DNA of 64,000 nucleotides, taken from Candidatus Bathyarchaeia archaeon. GTDB taxonomy: Archaea; Thermoproteota; Bathyarchaeia; Bathyarchaeales; Bathycorpusculaceae. The notes under the pieces were generated by a model. It did not search any database. It was given only the letters and a program-made list of their open reading frames with translations, and had not been told where the DNA came from. Position 1 is the stretch's first letter; each line of letters opens with the position of its first letter. The DNA is taken from NCBI GenBank assembly GCA_049516875.1, contig JBEKSS010000012.1:8758-72757 (forward strand). The letters are read 5' to 3'. This document shows positions 42,458 through 52,155 of the stretch, one piece after another. The position numbers and the translations under genes were made by a program.

Positions 42458-45058
42458 ACGAAGAGAGTACTAGCGGTAACAGCGATGCTAGTAGTTGTTT
42501 TTTCCATGTTTTCAGTCTTCACACAGGTGAAGGCTCAAGGTGCAAGTAGTCTTAACGCGAGTAGTACTCAGTCTTCACCAGAGACTTATCCAATTTCAAA
42601 TTTCACTGATTTCCAAAATGGAACGACGTTGACGGTCGTCGACTTTGGAAATGGGACATTGGATGAAACTTTCGAGACCCTAGTCAACAAAACCGCAACT
42701 CTTAACGTTCTGAATGACGCGTCGAATCAGTCTATCTCCTTGTTCACTTCTGAACAGGAACATACGAGTTACAAAAACTCAACCCAAACAGCAATGATGG
42801 AGCAGCAGCTGCTCATGGGTTTCACATATGAAATCGCCAAATACCGTATGCAATGGGATTGGAGCACAAATCTATGGTTACTGCAGGCTTATGTTGAGGT
42901 AGGAATCAATGTAGACATTGAATTTGGGCTGAGATTACCTGTAAACATAACTGTTGAATATCCCGAACAAATGACCATTGGTCGTAATTACACCTTCTAC
43001 GCGACCATTACACCCATTGACAAACCCAATTTCAATGAGGGTCTATGCGTGTTCCAAGCGTATGTATGGGCGGAAGCTGGAGTTTGGACACCTTTTACAG
43101 GTTGGGTGGTGTATCGTGCACAGTATGGGCCTGACTATGATCTTTCACAGAGTTTTCAAACGCCTCTTGGTCACGCTATAGCGTTTCCAATTAGCCCAAT
43201 ATATGCGAAAGTGTTTGAGGCAGATTGGGTTTGTCCTTTTGATTTTCTCGATATTTATTTGGGAGGTCAACCCGGATTCGGCTCAGACAGAGTTACTGCC
43301 GTGGCCAACGTAACAGGAGACGGCCAAGTAGTGGCTGGATCCAACATAACATGGACAGCACCTGGCCAGCGTCTACCATTCACAGTGCTTGCCAACAACT
43401 TGGATCCGACGACTAGTTACGCAAATATCAGCATTTCAAATTTCAGGTACTACTTCACCAACTTCTATATGCGGTTCTGGCTGAAATTCGATTTTAATTC
43501 ATGGATAGACTGGCTTACAGGCGACCCAGAGATACCTATCTACACTCTAGATCTTAGCTGGCTTGTCAGAAACCTCAATGGATATGTGGGGACGCATCTT
43601 GGATATCCAAACAGCGTCAACGTGGATCTATTCGTCAAGAACTATGGTGTTCAAATAATACAGATTAACCCCTCAGTCGCGAGTATAGAAGCCACTGAAT
43701 CAGCTTTATTCGAAGTTTCAATAATGAACACAGGCAGTGTTAACGATACATTTGAATTGTCTCTTCAAGGAGTTCCAAGTGATTGGCAATATAGCTTTTC
43801 TGAGAACGATCTTAATGTGACGCCAGGAAATATGATGAAATCGCACTTTTCGATAAAACCGCCTGGAAACGTCAGTCAGGGGCATTTCTCTTACAACGTT
43901 ACAGTCTCCAGCATGATGGCGCCTTTAGACGGCTTGGTCGCAACTGATCTGAGGACTTTTGCGATTGATGTCTCGCCACGGGCTCCTCCTCAAATCCAAG
44001 TTCTTATTCCCCAAAACACAACATATGCCACCAATACCATTGCGCTCAACTTCACGATCAACAAACCTAGCGTTTGGATCGGATACAACCTTGACAACAC
44101 TGGGAATATCACAGTTCTCGGAAACACAACCCTTATCGGCTTGCTCGATGGTTCTCATAACGTCGTCGTTTTCGCGAATGATAGCTTGGGGGATATGGGC
44201 TCATCCGATCTCGTCTATTTCTCAGTCCGAATTCCAATTCATGATGTCGCCGTGATTGACGTCGTATCCTCCGCTGCTCAAGTGTTTCAAGGTGCCGTGG
44301 TGAATGTCGACGTCACCGTCAAAAACAACGGAACAGAACCAGAAACATTCACTGTCAAAGCATACTATAACACTACAGCAATAGGCACGATTAATAACGT
44401 GTTTCTCAACCCAGCCGATACTCAGATCCTTACGTTTGCCTGGAATACTTCAACTGTTACTCCTGGAGTTTATACCCTGAAAGGGGAGGCTGGCCAAGTT
44501 CCTAATGAGGTCAACACAGCTAATAACGTGAAAGTCGATGGAACTGTGTCGATTCAAGCGCAAGCTGAAGAAAAGTTCTACGTCACAGTCAATGTGACTG
44601 ACAACAAGGGAAATCCAATATCAAATGCTGCCGTTTACACCAACCTAGAATCGAAACTGACGGACGGCGGATTTGTAGTGTTCACGTTCACAAAGGGCAA
44701 CTATACGATAAACGCCTATAAACAAGGTTATCAGTCTGGATCAGCCAACGTTTACGTGGACCAGAACATGACCCTCGTCCTTGTTCTATCACCGATACCG
44801 ATTCCTTCAGTAGTCGGGGGCTACTCCGTTTCTATGAAAGGACATAGCACAACAACACCAACTTCATTCTATCTCACTATGGCAATAATGCTGTCCGCTC
44901 TCTTCACAGCAATTAGACGCAAAACACGGAAAGAAAAAACAACTAGTATTTTAGGAGAACGCGTTCCTTCCATCGATAGACAATGTACTTCGCAAGGTTC
45001 AGTTGTCTGTTCTTCTCTGTTTTGTCCAAACTGTAAGGCAAGAAGGAAAGCGCAGTAA
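42458..45058 (+). CDS. Secreted surface protein with Ig-like/CARDB domains and C-terminal TM; probable ACG start
   Basis: Signal peptide (M)KRVLAVTAMLVVVFS..VKA; HDVAV..V.VKNNG.EPETF; VVGGYS before the TM. Confidence 0.8.
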   Translation, partial: TKRVLAVTAMLVVVFSMFSVFTQVKAQGASSLNASSTQSSPETYPISNFTDFQNGTTLTVVDFGNGTLDETFETLVNKTATLNVLNDASNQSISLFTSEQEHTSYKNSTQTAMMEQQLLMGFTYEIAKYRMQWDWSTNLWLLQAYVEVGINVDIEFGLRLPVNITVEYPEQMTIGRNYTFYATITPIDKPNFNEGLCVFQAYVWAEAGVWTPFTGWVVYRAQYGPDYDLSQSFQTPLGHAIAFPISPIYAKVFEADWVCPFDFLDIYLGGQPGFGSDRVTAVANVTGDGQVVAGSNITWTAPGQRLPFTVLANNLDPTTSYANISISNFRYYFTNFYMRFWLKFDFNSWIDWLTGDPEIPIYTLDLSWLVRNLNGYVGTHLGYPNSVNVDLFVKNYGVQIIQINPSVASIEATESALFEVSIMNTGSVNDTFELSLQGVPSDWQYSFSENDLNVTPGNMMKSHFSIKPPGNVSQGHFSYNVTVSSMMAPLDGLVATDLRTFAIDVSPRAPPQIQVLIPQNTTYATNTIALNFTINKPSVWIGYNLDNTGNITVLGNTTLIGLLDGSHNVVVFANDSLGDMGSSDLVYFSVRIPIHDVAVIDVVSSAAQVFQGAVVNVDVTVKNNGTEPETFTVKAYYNTTAIGTINNVFLNPADTQILTFAWNTSTVTPGVYTLKGEAGQVPNEVNTANNVKVDGTVSIQAQAEEKFYVTVNVTDNKGNPISNAAVYTNLESKLTDGGFVVFTFTKGNYTINAYKQGYQSGSANVYVDQNMTLVLVLSPIPIPSVVGGYSVSMKGHSTTTPTSFYLTMAIMLSALFTAIRRKTRKEKTTSILGERVPSIDRQCTSQGSVVCSSLFCPNCKARRKAQ

Positions 45059-45439
45059 TTAGAAGACTGTGTTTGACTACAATCTTTGAAAACCACCCAC
45101 CAAAACGTTAGGGCTAGGGTCGTTTAGATACCATGACGCTTCAAGACCCCTGAGCGTGCCATTTTTGCATGCCTTGGTTATACTGATGGCGTGAGATATG
45201 GTTGAACTTGATGTTTGGCATTGATGGTAGTTCGGGATTGCCTCTGATATCTCCCTAGTCTTGATGGTATTTCAGAAAGTGTTAACAGAACAAGATTGTT
45301 GTATCTGATAGTCTAACTATTAGAAGAATGACAAATGCACATACGGCACATACCGAGCCTTGACCTTGACTCTCAATTATCGGCTAGAATCGCAGTTTTC
45401 TCGGATTATTGAGAGCGCGCGCTCGAACCCGCGACGTGT

Positions 45440-45724
45440 GGAGCGGGAGACAGTAACCCTTAACTTTTCAGCCACTCCATTCTTCCTTGGCGATGACAAG
45501 AAATCGAGCCCTTCACAATCCCGCCGATACATCCACGCAGACGGACTCAACGGAAGAGGGCAAGCCTCAGGCTTGCCGGTTCTTGTGATGGCGAGTTTAC
45601 CCAAGCATGGGACACGGCGGGCGCGGGCCAAAAACCCTACGACGGAGAGAGCTTAACCTAGAAGGGCGCAACGCCCCACAGTGAAGTTAAGTGTTAGGTT
45701 ACGTAGGAAACAAGCAGGCCCGCG
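45440..45724 (+). ncRNA. Unidentified structured RNA candidate
   Basis: Several perfect 6-8 bp helices in a GC-rich intergenic segment; strand inferred from A-rich loops. Confidence 0.5.
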
Positions 45725-45790
45725 AAAAACAACTCTTAAGTTTGTCATATGCATACAGATAGGTAAAACCTGAAGCAGGCAGAGCAGAAT

Positions 45791-46879
45791 TTGGACATAG
45801 AAACAAAAATCGAGCTCGTGTGCAGACCGCCAACGGAAGAAGTCATAACCCCGGAAGACTTGCGGAAGCTTTTGGAAACCGAGCAGCATCCCATAGCCTA
45901 CAACGGCTGGGAACCATCGGGCCTGGTGCATCTTGGAACCGGGTTGGTTTGCGCGTACAAGATGAAGGATTTCATAGAAGCAGGAATACGGTATAAAGCC
46001 TATCTTTCTACGTGGCATGCTTGGCTCAACAATAAGATGGGCGGCGACCTGAAACTCATCAGAAAAGCCGCAGATCTCTTCAAACACTCATGGATAGCCC
46101 TGGGTGTTCCAGAAGACAAAGTCGAATTCATCTACTCAGACGAACTCTACGATGACTTGAAGTACTGGGAAAAAATGGTACTGATAGCAAAAAACCTTTC
46201 AATAGCCAGAGTAACCCGCACACTCGAGATCGCGGGAAGACAGGAATCTGAAGCCAAACACGTTTCAGACTACCTGTACACGCCCATGCAGGTAGCCGAC
46301 ATATTCCACATGGAAGTTAAAATCTGCCAACTCGGCATAGACCAACGCAAAGCCAACGTCGTAGCACGTGAACTGGGCGAAAAACTCGGATGCTGGAAAC
46401 CCGTGTGCGTCCATCACAGCCAGCTCCAAGGCCTCGCCAAACCGCCCGTCTGGCCCATTCCGAAAGAGAAAGAAAGAGAAATATTATCATCAATAAAGAT
46501 GTCAAAAAGCAAACCAGAAACCTGCATCTTCATCTATGACCACCCTGAGGAAATCAAACAGAAAATCTCACAGGCCTTCTGCCCCGAAAAAACCGTGGAG
46601 TACAACCCAATCCTAGAAATATGCAAATTCATAATCTTCAGAGAAAACAAAACCTTCACCATACAAAGACCAGACAAGTTCGGCGGCCCAATCACCTTCG
46701 ACAACCTCAAAGAACTTCAGAAAGCCTATGCAGAGGGAAAACTGCACCCGCAAGACCTCAAGAACGCTGTCGCAGAGGAACTCGCAAGAATCCTCGAACC
46801 CGTCAGAAAATACTTTGAAAACAACAAAGAAGCAAAAGAATGCCTCAACACCGTGAAAAACGTTAAGGTAACAAGGTAA
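45791..46879 (+). CDS. tyrS: Tyrosyl-tRNA synthetase
   Basis: YNGWEPSG, HLG, YTPMQVAD, DQRK, KMSKS, LHPQDLK. Confidence 0.96.
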   Translation: MDIETKIELVCRPPTEEVITPEDLRKLLETEQHPIAYNGWEPSGLVHLGTGLVCAYKMKDFIEAGIRYKAYLSTWHAWLNNKMGGDLKLIRKAADLFKHSWIALGVPEDKVEFIYSDELYDDLKYWEKMVLIAKNLSIARVTRTLEIAGRQESEAKHVSDYLYTPMQVADIFHMEVKICQLGIDQRKANVVARELGEKLGCWKPVCVHHSQLQGLAKPPVWPIPKEKEREILSSIKMSKSKPETCIFIYDHPEEIKQKISQAFCPEKTVEYNPILEICKFIIFRENKTFTIQRPDKFGGPITFDNLKELQKAYAEGKLHPQDLKNAVAEELARILEPVRKYFENNKEAKECLNTVKNVKVTR

Positions 46880-46884
46880 AAACC

Positions 46885-47247
46885 TTGTCGGCACATCTCA
46901 GGGAAAGACAAGAAAAAATCCAGCAAATTCTAGAATGCCTAGCAGAAGAATCAGCCAGAGGAACACCCATAATAGTTGAAGGAAAAAAAGACGTAGAGAC
47001 CCTGAGAACGCTGGGAGTGCAAGGGCAAATAGTGACTGCAAAAACCGGCGGAAAATCCCGTTTAGACCTCATCTCTGAAATAGAGACAACCGGAAACCGA
47101 GAAGTCATTCTGCTCCTGGATTTTGACAGACGAGGAAAAGAATGGACAGCAATCTTGAGAGAAAACCTGGAAAAAGCAAGGATAAAAACCAACATCACAT
47201 TCCGGAAAGAACTGCAAACGTTGAGTAGAAAACTCGGCGAAACATGA
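46885..47247 (+). CDS. Small TOPRIM domain protein
   Basis: IIVEGKKD, LLDFDRRG. Confidence 0.85.
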   Translation: MSAHLRERQEKIQQILECLAEESARGTPIIVEGKKDVETLRTLGVQGQIVTAKTGGKSRLDLISEIETTGNREVILLLDFDRRGKEWTAILRENLEKARIKTNITFRKELQTLSRKLGET

Positions 47248-47439
47248 AACCTGACCTGCTTCCAGTCGGTCCACACCACATCCATCACCCGATCCTCTCA
47301 GCACGATAGCACTCAAGGCTTCGCCGCAGAAACACTCGTCGGCAAATGAACCTTTGACAAAACCTAGAGAAGAATAAGAGGTTCTGTGTAGTCTTTGTCG
47401 AATTAGGGGTTCATGCGAAAAATCGTCGGATGACTAATC

Positions 47440-47904
47440 TTAGACTAATGTTAATTCTACTTTCTTTTTATCAACATAAACTTGGAACTTTGCAAGGACT
47501 TCCATTCCCAGTACACTTGGACAGTATCTAAGCATTTTTTCTCTCTCCACCTCTGTTGCGTCTGCAGGAATGCCGATTATTTGAAAACCGCCACCGTATG
47601 TAATCTTGTGTTCTTCTTTTGGAGACTTGAATGTCAAAATGACTGAGCGATTTATTATCTTGTTCCTGAACGTCCCACCGAATCCTATCGCTCCCTTTTT
47701 AGCTTCTGGCAGAAGCGCAAACTCAAGTCCAAGAAGGTTAGCTTCTTTTTCAGTTATTGCAGAATACGTGGAACCAGTATCAACAAGAAAATTAATGATT
47801 CTACCACAATGAAAAGCAGGTACCTCAAATAAAACAGGGATTATCGGACGATTGTTGTTAATAGTTAACCCAGTAAACTTGAAAAGTTTTCCCTCACAAT
47901 GGGC
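47440..47904 (-). CDS. Retropepsin-like (clan AA) aspartyl protease; start unresolved
   Basis: Open frame from 47904 with FLVDTGSTYS, GFGG, SVLGMEVL; no ATG/GTG/TTG before the DTG motif. Confidence 0.75.
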   Translation of the reverse strand, partial: AHCEGKLFKFTGLTINNNRPIIPVLFEVPAFHCGRIINFLVDTGSTYSAITEKEANLLGLEFALLPEAKKGAIGFGGTFRNKIINRSVILTFKSPKEEHKITYGGGFQIIGIPADATEVEREKMLRYCPSVLGMEVLAKFQVYVDKKKVELTLV

Positions 47905-48141
47905 CTAGAAGAACATAGCCAATTGCTTTGAATCTATGAACTCTACTATCGCAGCTTTTTTGTCTGCTTTCTTGAGCATATTGGTTATATTTTCGTATGT
48001 GCTACCCTTTGCAATTATTTTCTTGTTTTGTATTACAATCCATTGATTGTTATAATCTCTCCTTATATTTTTATAATTCTCCTTAAACCATTCCAAATTT
48101 TCTCTTGAAAGCTTGAACAATTCATCCTTTTCTGTTGGCAT
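47905..48141 (-). CDS. DUF5678-like small protein
   Basis: NLEWFKENY..Y.NQWIVI..KIIA.G. Confidence 0.7.
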   Translation of the reverse strand: MPTEKDELFKLSRENLEWFKENYKNIRRDYNNQWIVIQNKKIIAKGSTYENITNMLKKADKKAAIVEFIDSKQLAMFF

Positions 48142-48607
48142 GTTTTCTCTCTCCCATTAGCCAATATCAACATGAAACAGTTATTTAATTGTTGTTCTAA
48201 CAACAAGTCTGAAACATTATATGATTTATGAAGCTTTCATACACTTTACAGCTTCAAGCAACAATGTTATGGCTGAGATTACGCAGATAAACACTCCATC
48301 GTTTTACCCAATAGCTTGAGATACAATTCTCTCATAAACAAGGCTCAAACATTAATTGAGGAGATAATCACTCAAGATACGCCCTTGTTTCTGCAACACC
48401 GAAAGCTATCCGACGAATTTTCACAGAGAAAACCATCCGACGAAGACTACACAGAACCAAATAAGAAAACCTTAAAGAGCATGATCAATAATTCATAAAC
48501 GTAATATATAGTGAACGTTAAGATACAGTCTCGTGATTCGAAAACAAATAATCTCGAGTCACGCGATTAACGCTAACCCTTAACAAATCACTCGGAGGTG
48601 CATTAAT

Positions 48608-49768
48608 ACGGGTTCATCCCAAACGTTTACCATAAAGTATGTTATACACGCGCAATTCGAAATAGAAGGAGTAGTTGAAAAACCGGACGTGATAGGCGCA
48701 GTTTTCGGGCAGACAGAAGGCCTTTTTGGACCAGAGCTTGACCTGAGGGAACTGCAAAAATCGGGCAGAATCGGAAGAATAGAAATAGAGTTACACTCAA
48801 AAAACGATAAGACAACTGGCACGATAACCGTTCCAACAAGCCTAGACAGGGTTTCCACAGCGTTGATTGCCGCGAGCATCGAAAGCATAAACAGGGTAGG
48901 CCCATGCGCTTCAAAGGTAACCCTTGAAAAGGTCGAGGATGTCAGAGAAGCCCGAAGAAAGGTAATCATTGACAGAGCCAAAGACATCCTTCACAAGTGG
49001 ACAATCGAGTCGATGCCTTCAGTGGACGAAGTGTTCAAGGAAGTGTCTGAAACACTCAAAATGGGCAAAGTTGGAAAATACGGCACGGAAGAACTGCCTT
49101 CAGGCCCTGGACTTGAAATTGCAAAAGAAATAATCATTGTTGAAGGAAGAGCAGACATCATAAACCTCATGCGCTGCGGGCTGATGAACACTGTGGCTCT
49201 GGAAGGTGCAAAGGTTCCAGAGGCGATAAAGACGCTGTGCAAGGAAAAGGAAGCAACAGCCCTCCTCGACGGAGACAGAGGCGGAGACCTGATCTTCAAA
49301 GAACTCTTACAGGTCACCGACATAAAATACATTGCCAGAGCACCAAGAGGAAAAGAAGTTGAGGAACTAAACTGCAAGGAAATATTCGAAGCCCTCGAGG
49401 CAAAAATCTCCATCCAAGAACCAACCAAACTGGAAGCGCCGAAACCGCCGAAACGGGAAAAGCAGAAAATAGAGGTTCCAAAAGAAATCGTTGAAACAAT
49501 GAAATCATTAGAAGGCACGTTGGAAGCCGTGCTTCTGAACGAAAAATCGGAACAGATGGAACGGTTGCCGGTGAGCCAACTTGCCGAAAAACTCCAAAAG
49601 GCTGAAGGCGTGGACACCATAGTCTTCGACGGCATCATAACACAGCGAATCGTCGACGTGTCAAGCGAGAAGAATATAAAAAGAATAATCGCTTCACGCG
49701 TCTCGGACGCTGTTAGACCGTCATTAACGGTGCAGCTCATGACCTTTGCAGAAGTCACCGAGGGCTAA
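48608..49768 (+). CDS. dnaG: Archaeal DnaG (primase-like, exosome-associated); probable ACG start
   Basis: KYVIHA.FEIEGVVEKPDVIGAVFGQTEGL, VEGRAD, DGDRGG. Confidence 0.95.
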   Translation, partial: TGSSQTFTIKYVIHAQFEIEGVVEKPDVIGAVFGQTEGLFGPELDLRELQKSGRIGRIEIELHSKNDKTTGTITVPTSLDRVSTALIAASIESINRVGPCASKVTLEKVEDVREARRKVIIDRAKDILHKWTIESMPSVDEVFKEVSETLKMGKVGKYGTEELPSGPGLEIAKEIIIVEGRADIINLMRCGLMNTVALEGAKVPEAIKTLCKEKEATALLDGDRGGDLIFKELLQVTDIKYIARAPRGKEVEELNCKEIFEALEAKISIQEPTKLEAPKPPKREKQKIEVPKEIVETMKSLEGTLEAVLLNEKSEQMERLPVSQLAEKLQKAEGVDTIVFDGIITQRIVDVSSEKNIKRIIASRVSDAVRPSLTVQLMTFAEVTEG

Positions 49769-52155
49769 CCGCCAAAAAAATCTGTGAGTTTCCTGGTTTC
49801 TTTCCCACCAGTCCTAGACTCCAACAGTTGCTCCTCAGCCACCCCGAAGCTTTCAAGAATTCTGGCCGCCGCGGGCACAATTTGCTTAGACACGTAGTAC
49901 TCTATGTCAACGTCATCGTAAGAAGCCAGCACGTAGGGCTTAACCCTTTCATACAAGCGGCCTGTGCCACCGACCACCACGTAGCCTATTTTATCCCCCA
50001 CTGCCAGTTCCCAGCCCTTCGCCCTCAGCATCTTTGCAGCTTCAACATGCGAGGCTCTAACCTCATACTGCTCAGCAGGCTTACTCAGCGTTTTCCAGAT
50101 GACAAGATCATGGTATGGAACGCGCTTTTGCTGAAGCTCATAGATGAACTGATGCACAAAATCCACAGCCTTCCTAGGCGATTGCTCCTTCAAAACTATT
50201 TCCAGAACCTTCTCTTGAACCGTTTTGGCAATGGTCGCCCAGTCTCCCCGTACAACCTCCATGCCCACGATGTCAAGCCGACCATCAGGCAGAAGTCCAG
50301 CATACCGCTTCTTGGCCTCTGTGAAAAAGATTCTCACATAAACCTTGTCGAGCTTGATTTCCAATCCCAACTTTTTCCCGATGTCCTTCGCAAGTTTCTC
50401 AATTCTGCCAGGCTGATTCTCTATGAATATGCTGTCTGTGTCGCCGTAAACGACCTTCAACCCGTCCTTCTCAGCCATGTCAATCGCTGTGAGTATGGTG
50501 TGTCTTCCCCAAGCGGCCGCTGCCTCAGCCACGGGCTTAACGTACCACCTTGCACCCGTCCACCCAGCATAGCCGTAAGACGCGTTAGTGATAACCTTCA
50601 GGGCCTTTTGCCGCGCGTCCAGAACACGATACTCAACGCTTTTCGGCTGAAGCTCCTTCATTTTTAGACGGATTTCATCCCGTACGCTGATGAGATAGGA
50701 CAGGACTTCCTTGTAGAAGCCGGGAGGTTCTTTGCGAAACTTGTGCTTGACTTCTGGGGTCACGTAAACTCCGCCAGGCGGTTCAGGTTCTTTCGGCGTT
50801 ACGTAAGTGTCTGGAGAGAGGTTGTAGGTGATCATGATGTTAGGGTACATAGACTTGAAGTCGAGGACAGCGATGTTTTCGTGCAATCCCGGCTTTGGCT
50901 GAAGCACAAGGCCACCAGCGTACGGTCTGTAAGGCTGCTCGATTCTCCTAGGCACAAGCTCACCGAGTTTGTGAGTGTGCCTTATCAGAAACCATTCAAC
51001 CCGAAAGCCTGCTGCTGCCGTGCCGACATGATCCAACGGCAGACCTACAAGGTTAGAGAGTTGCATGGCAAAATCCAAGATTGCATCAGTTATTCCCATG
51101 ACACAACAAGTGTTGTCCATGGAAAACTGTTTCAGGATTCCGCGTTTCTCTTTGTTGTCCCAGTAGTCTGCGAAGTTTATGTCCTCGACGATTTCGCGGT
51201 TTTCAATCTTCATGACGCCAAGATAGTCGGCCAAATTAGCCAGAGTCTTCACTTTAACTTCTGGAAACTCTTCCGCATAATCGACCAAATCCAGATTAAC
51301 CCTGCCATTAAGCGAGATATGACCGTAAACACTCGTGTGCGGTTCCGTTTTCGCTCGGTCAATGCGCAGATGCATACCAAGCTTCTTGCACCTTTCAGTG
51401 AGGTACGGCCATTCCTGCCCATTCACACCATAGCCAACGATAATGTCAGGATTAACGCTTTCAACATAATTCATGAAGGCCTCCAGGACTGGCTTGTCGC
51501 TTCTGCTTTCGTCCGCCAAGAATTGCTTTTGTTCGCCACGGTTCGTCGCAGCCGAAATGATGACAACGGGGTTTCTGTCGGGTTTAGGAGAGCCTTCTCG
51601 GCTATAGTATATTGTAGAAAAGCCCAGCACGCGCAGCGGCGGACCCTCAGCTTTTTCAACCGGTTTTGGGAACGATTTTGCCAGGTAAACCTTGTCTATT
51701 CGGACGCCCAGCCTGTTTGCTTCCTCAACTGCCTCTATTTCATGCCATCCACACGGAACAACATCGTTGTCAATAAGGTAACGCATGGCAACACGAACGT
51801 CATCTTCGAAACACTCTCTCACGCCTTCGAACTCTCGAACCTGCTTTGCACACCTCGCTATTCCTTCAGCATTCTTGCAGTAAACCCTGACTGCTTTCAC
51901 AGGTTTTCCAAAAAACTTGCGCTCAACAACCTCAGGCTTCGCCGCCAAAACGCAATGGCTCGCGACAATTTCTTCAACAACCTTTCCAGGATCCGCATCA
52001 TCTGCAACTACCGCATAGAAGTACGGAACAAAACTCCTGTCGACGATAAGCACTCTCTCGCCCGCGCTGCTTATGCCCCAGACCCAAATTTCCGACAACT
52101 CATCCTTGGCCTCATAGTTAATATCGAGAAGCCAAAAAGTGACCTTCATGGCCAA
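49765..52155 (-). CDS. polB: Family B DNA polymerase (B3-like) with degenerate exonuclease motifs
   Basis: DFKSMYP, KVITNASYGY, YGDTDS, KKRY intact. Confidence 0.95.
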   Translation of the reverse strand: MAMKVTFWLLDINYEAKDELSEIWVWGISSAGERVLIVDRSFVPYFYAVVADDADPGKVVEEIVASHCVLAAKPEVVERKFFGKPVKAVRVYCKNAEGIARCAKQVREFEGVRECFEDDVRVAMRYLIDNDVVPCGWHEIEAVEEANRLGVRIDKVYLAKSFPKPVEKAEGPPLRVLGFSTIYYSREGSPKPDRNPVVIISAATNRGEQKQFLADESRSDKPVLEAFMNYVESVNPDIIVGYGVNGQEWPYLTERCKKLGMHLRIDRAKTEPHTSVYGHISLNGRVNLDLVDYAEEFPEVKVKTLANLADYLGVMKIENREIVEDINFADYWDNKEKRGILKQFSMDNTCCVMGITDAILDFAMQLSNLVGLPLDHVGTAAAGFRVEWFLIRHTHKLGELVPRRIEQPYRPYAGGLVLQPKPGLHENIAVLDFKSMYPNIMITYNLSPDTYVTPKEPEPPGGVYVTPEVKHKFRKEPPGFYKEVLSYLISVRDEIRLKMKELQPKSVEYRVLDARQKALKVITNASYGYAGWTGARWYVKPVAEAAAAWGRHTILTAIDMAEKDGLKVVYGDTDSIFIENQPGRIEKLAKDIGKKLGLEIKLDKVYVRIFFTEAKKRYAGLLPDGRLDIVGMEVVRGDWATIAKTVQEKVLEIVLKEQSPRKAVDFVHQFIYELQQKRVPYHDLVIWKTLSKPAEQYEVRASHVEAAKMLRAKGWELAVGDKIGYVVVGGTGRLYERVKPYVLASYDDVDIEYYVSKQIVPAAARILESFGVAEEQLLESRTGGKETRKLTDFFGG

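Noticed and set aside
45453-45466. Telomerase-template-like TAACCCTTAAC
   Set aside because: Also present at 48574 upstream of dnaG and resembles the local AT-rich promoter boxes; no reverse transcriptase in the window.
45440-45724. RNase P RNA, SRP RNA, T-box or glycine riboswitch
   Set aside because: No GAGGAAAGUCC-type P4 strands, no helix-8 CCAGG..GGAA..AGCA, no UGGNACC and no CCGAAG on either strand.
47248-47345. Possible C/D sRNA or tRNA after the TOPRIM gene
   Set aside because: No cloverleaf, and box-like words are not in a consistent order.
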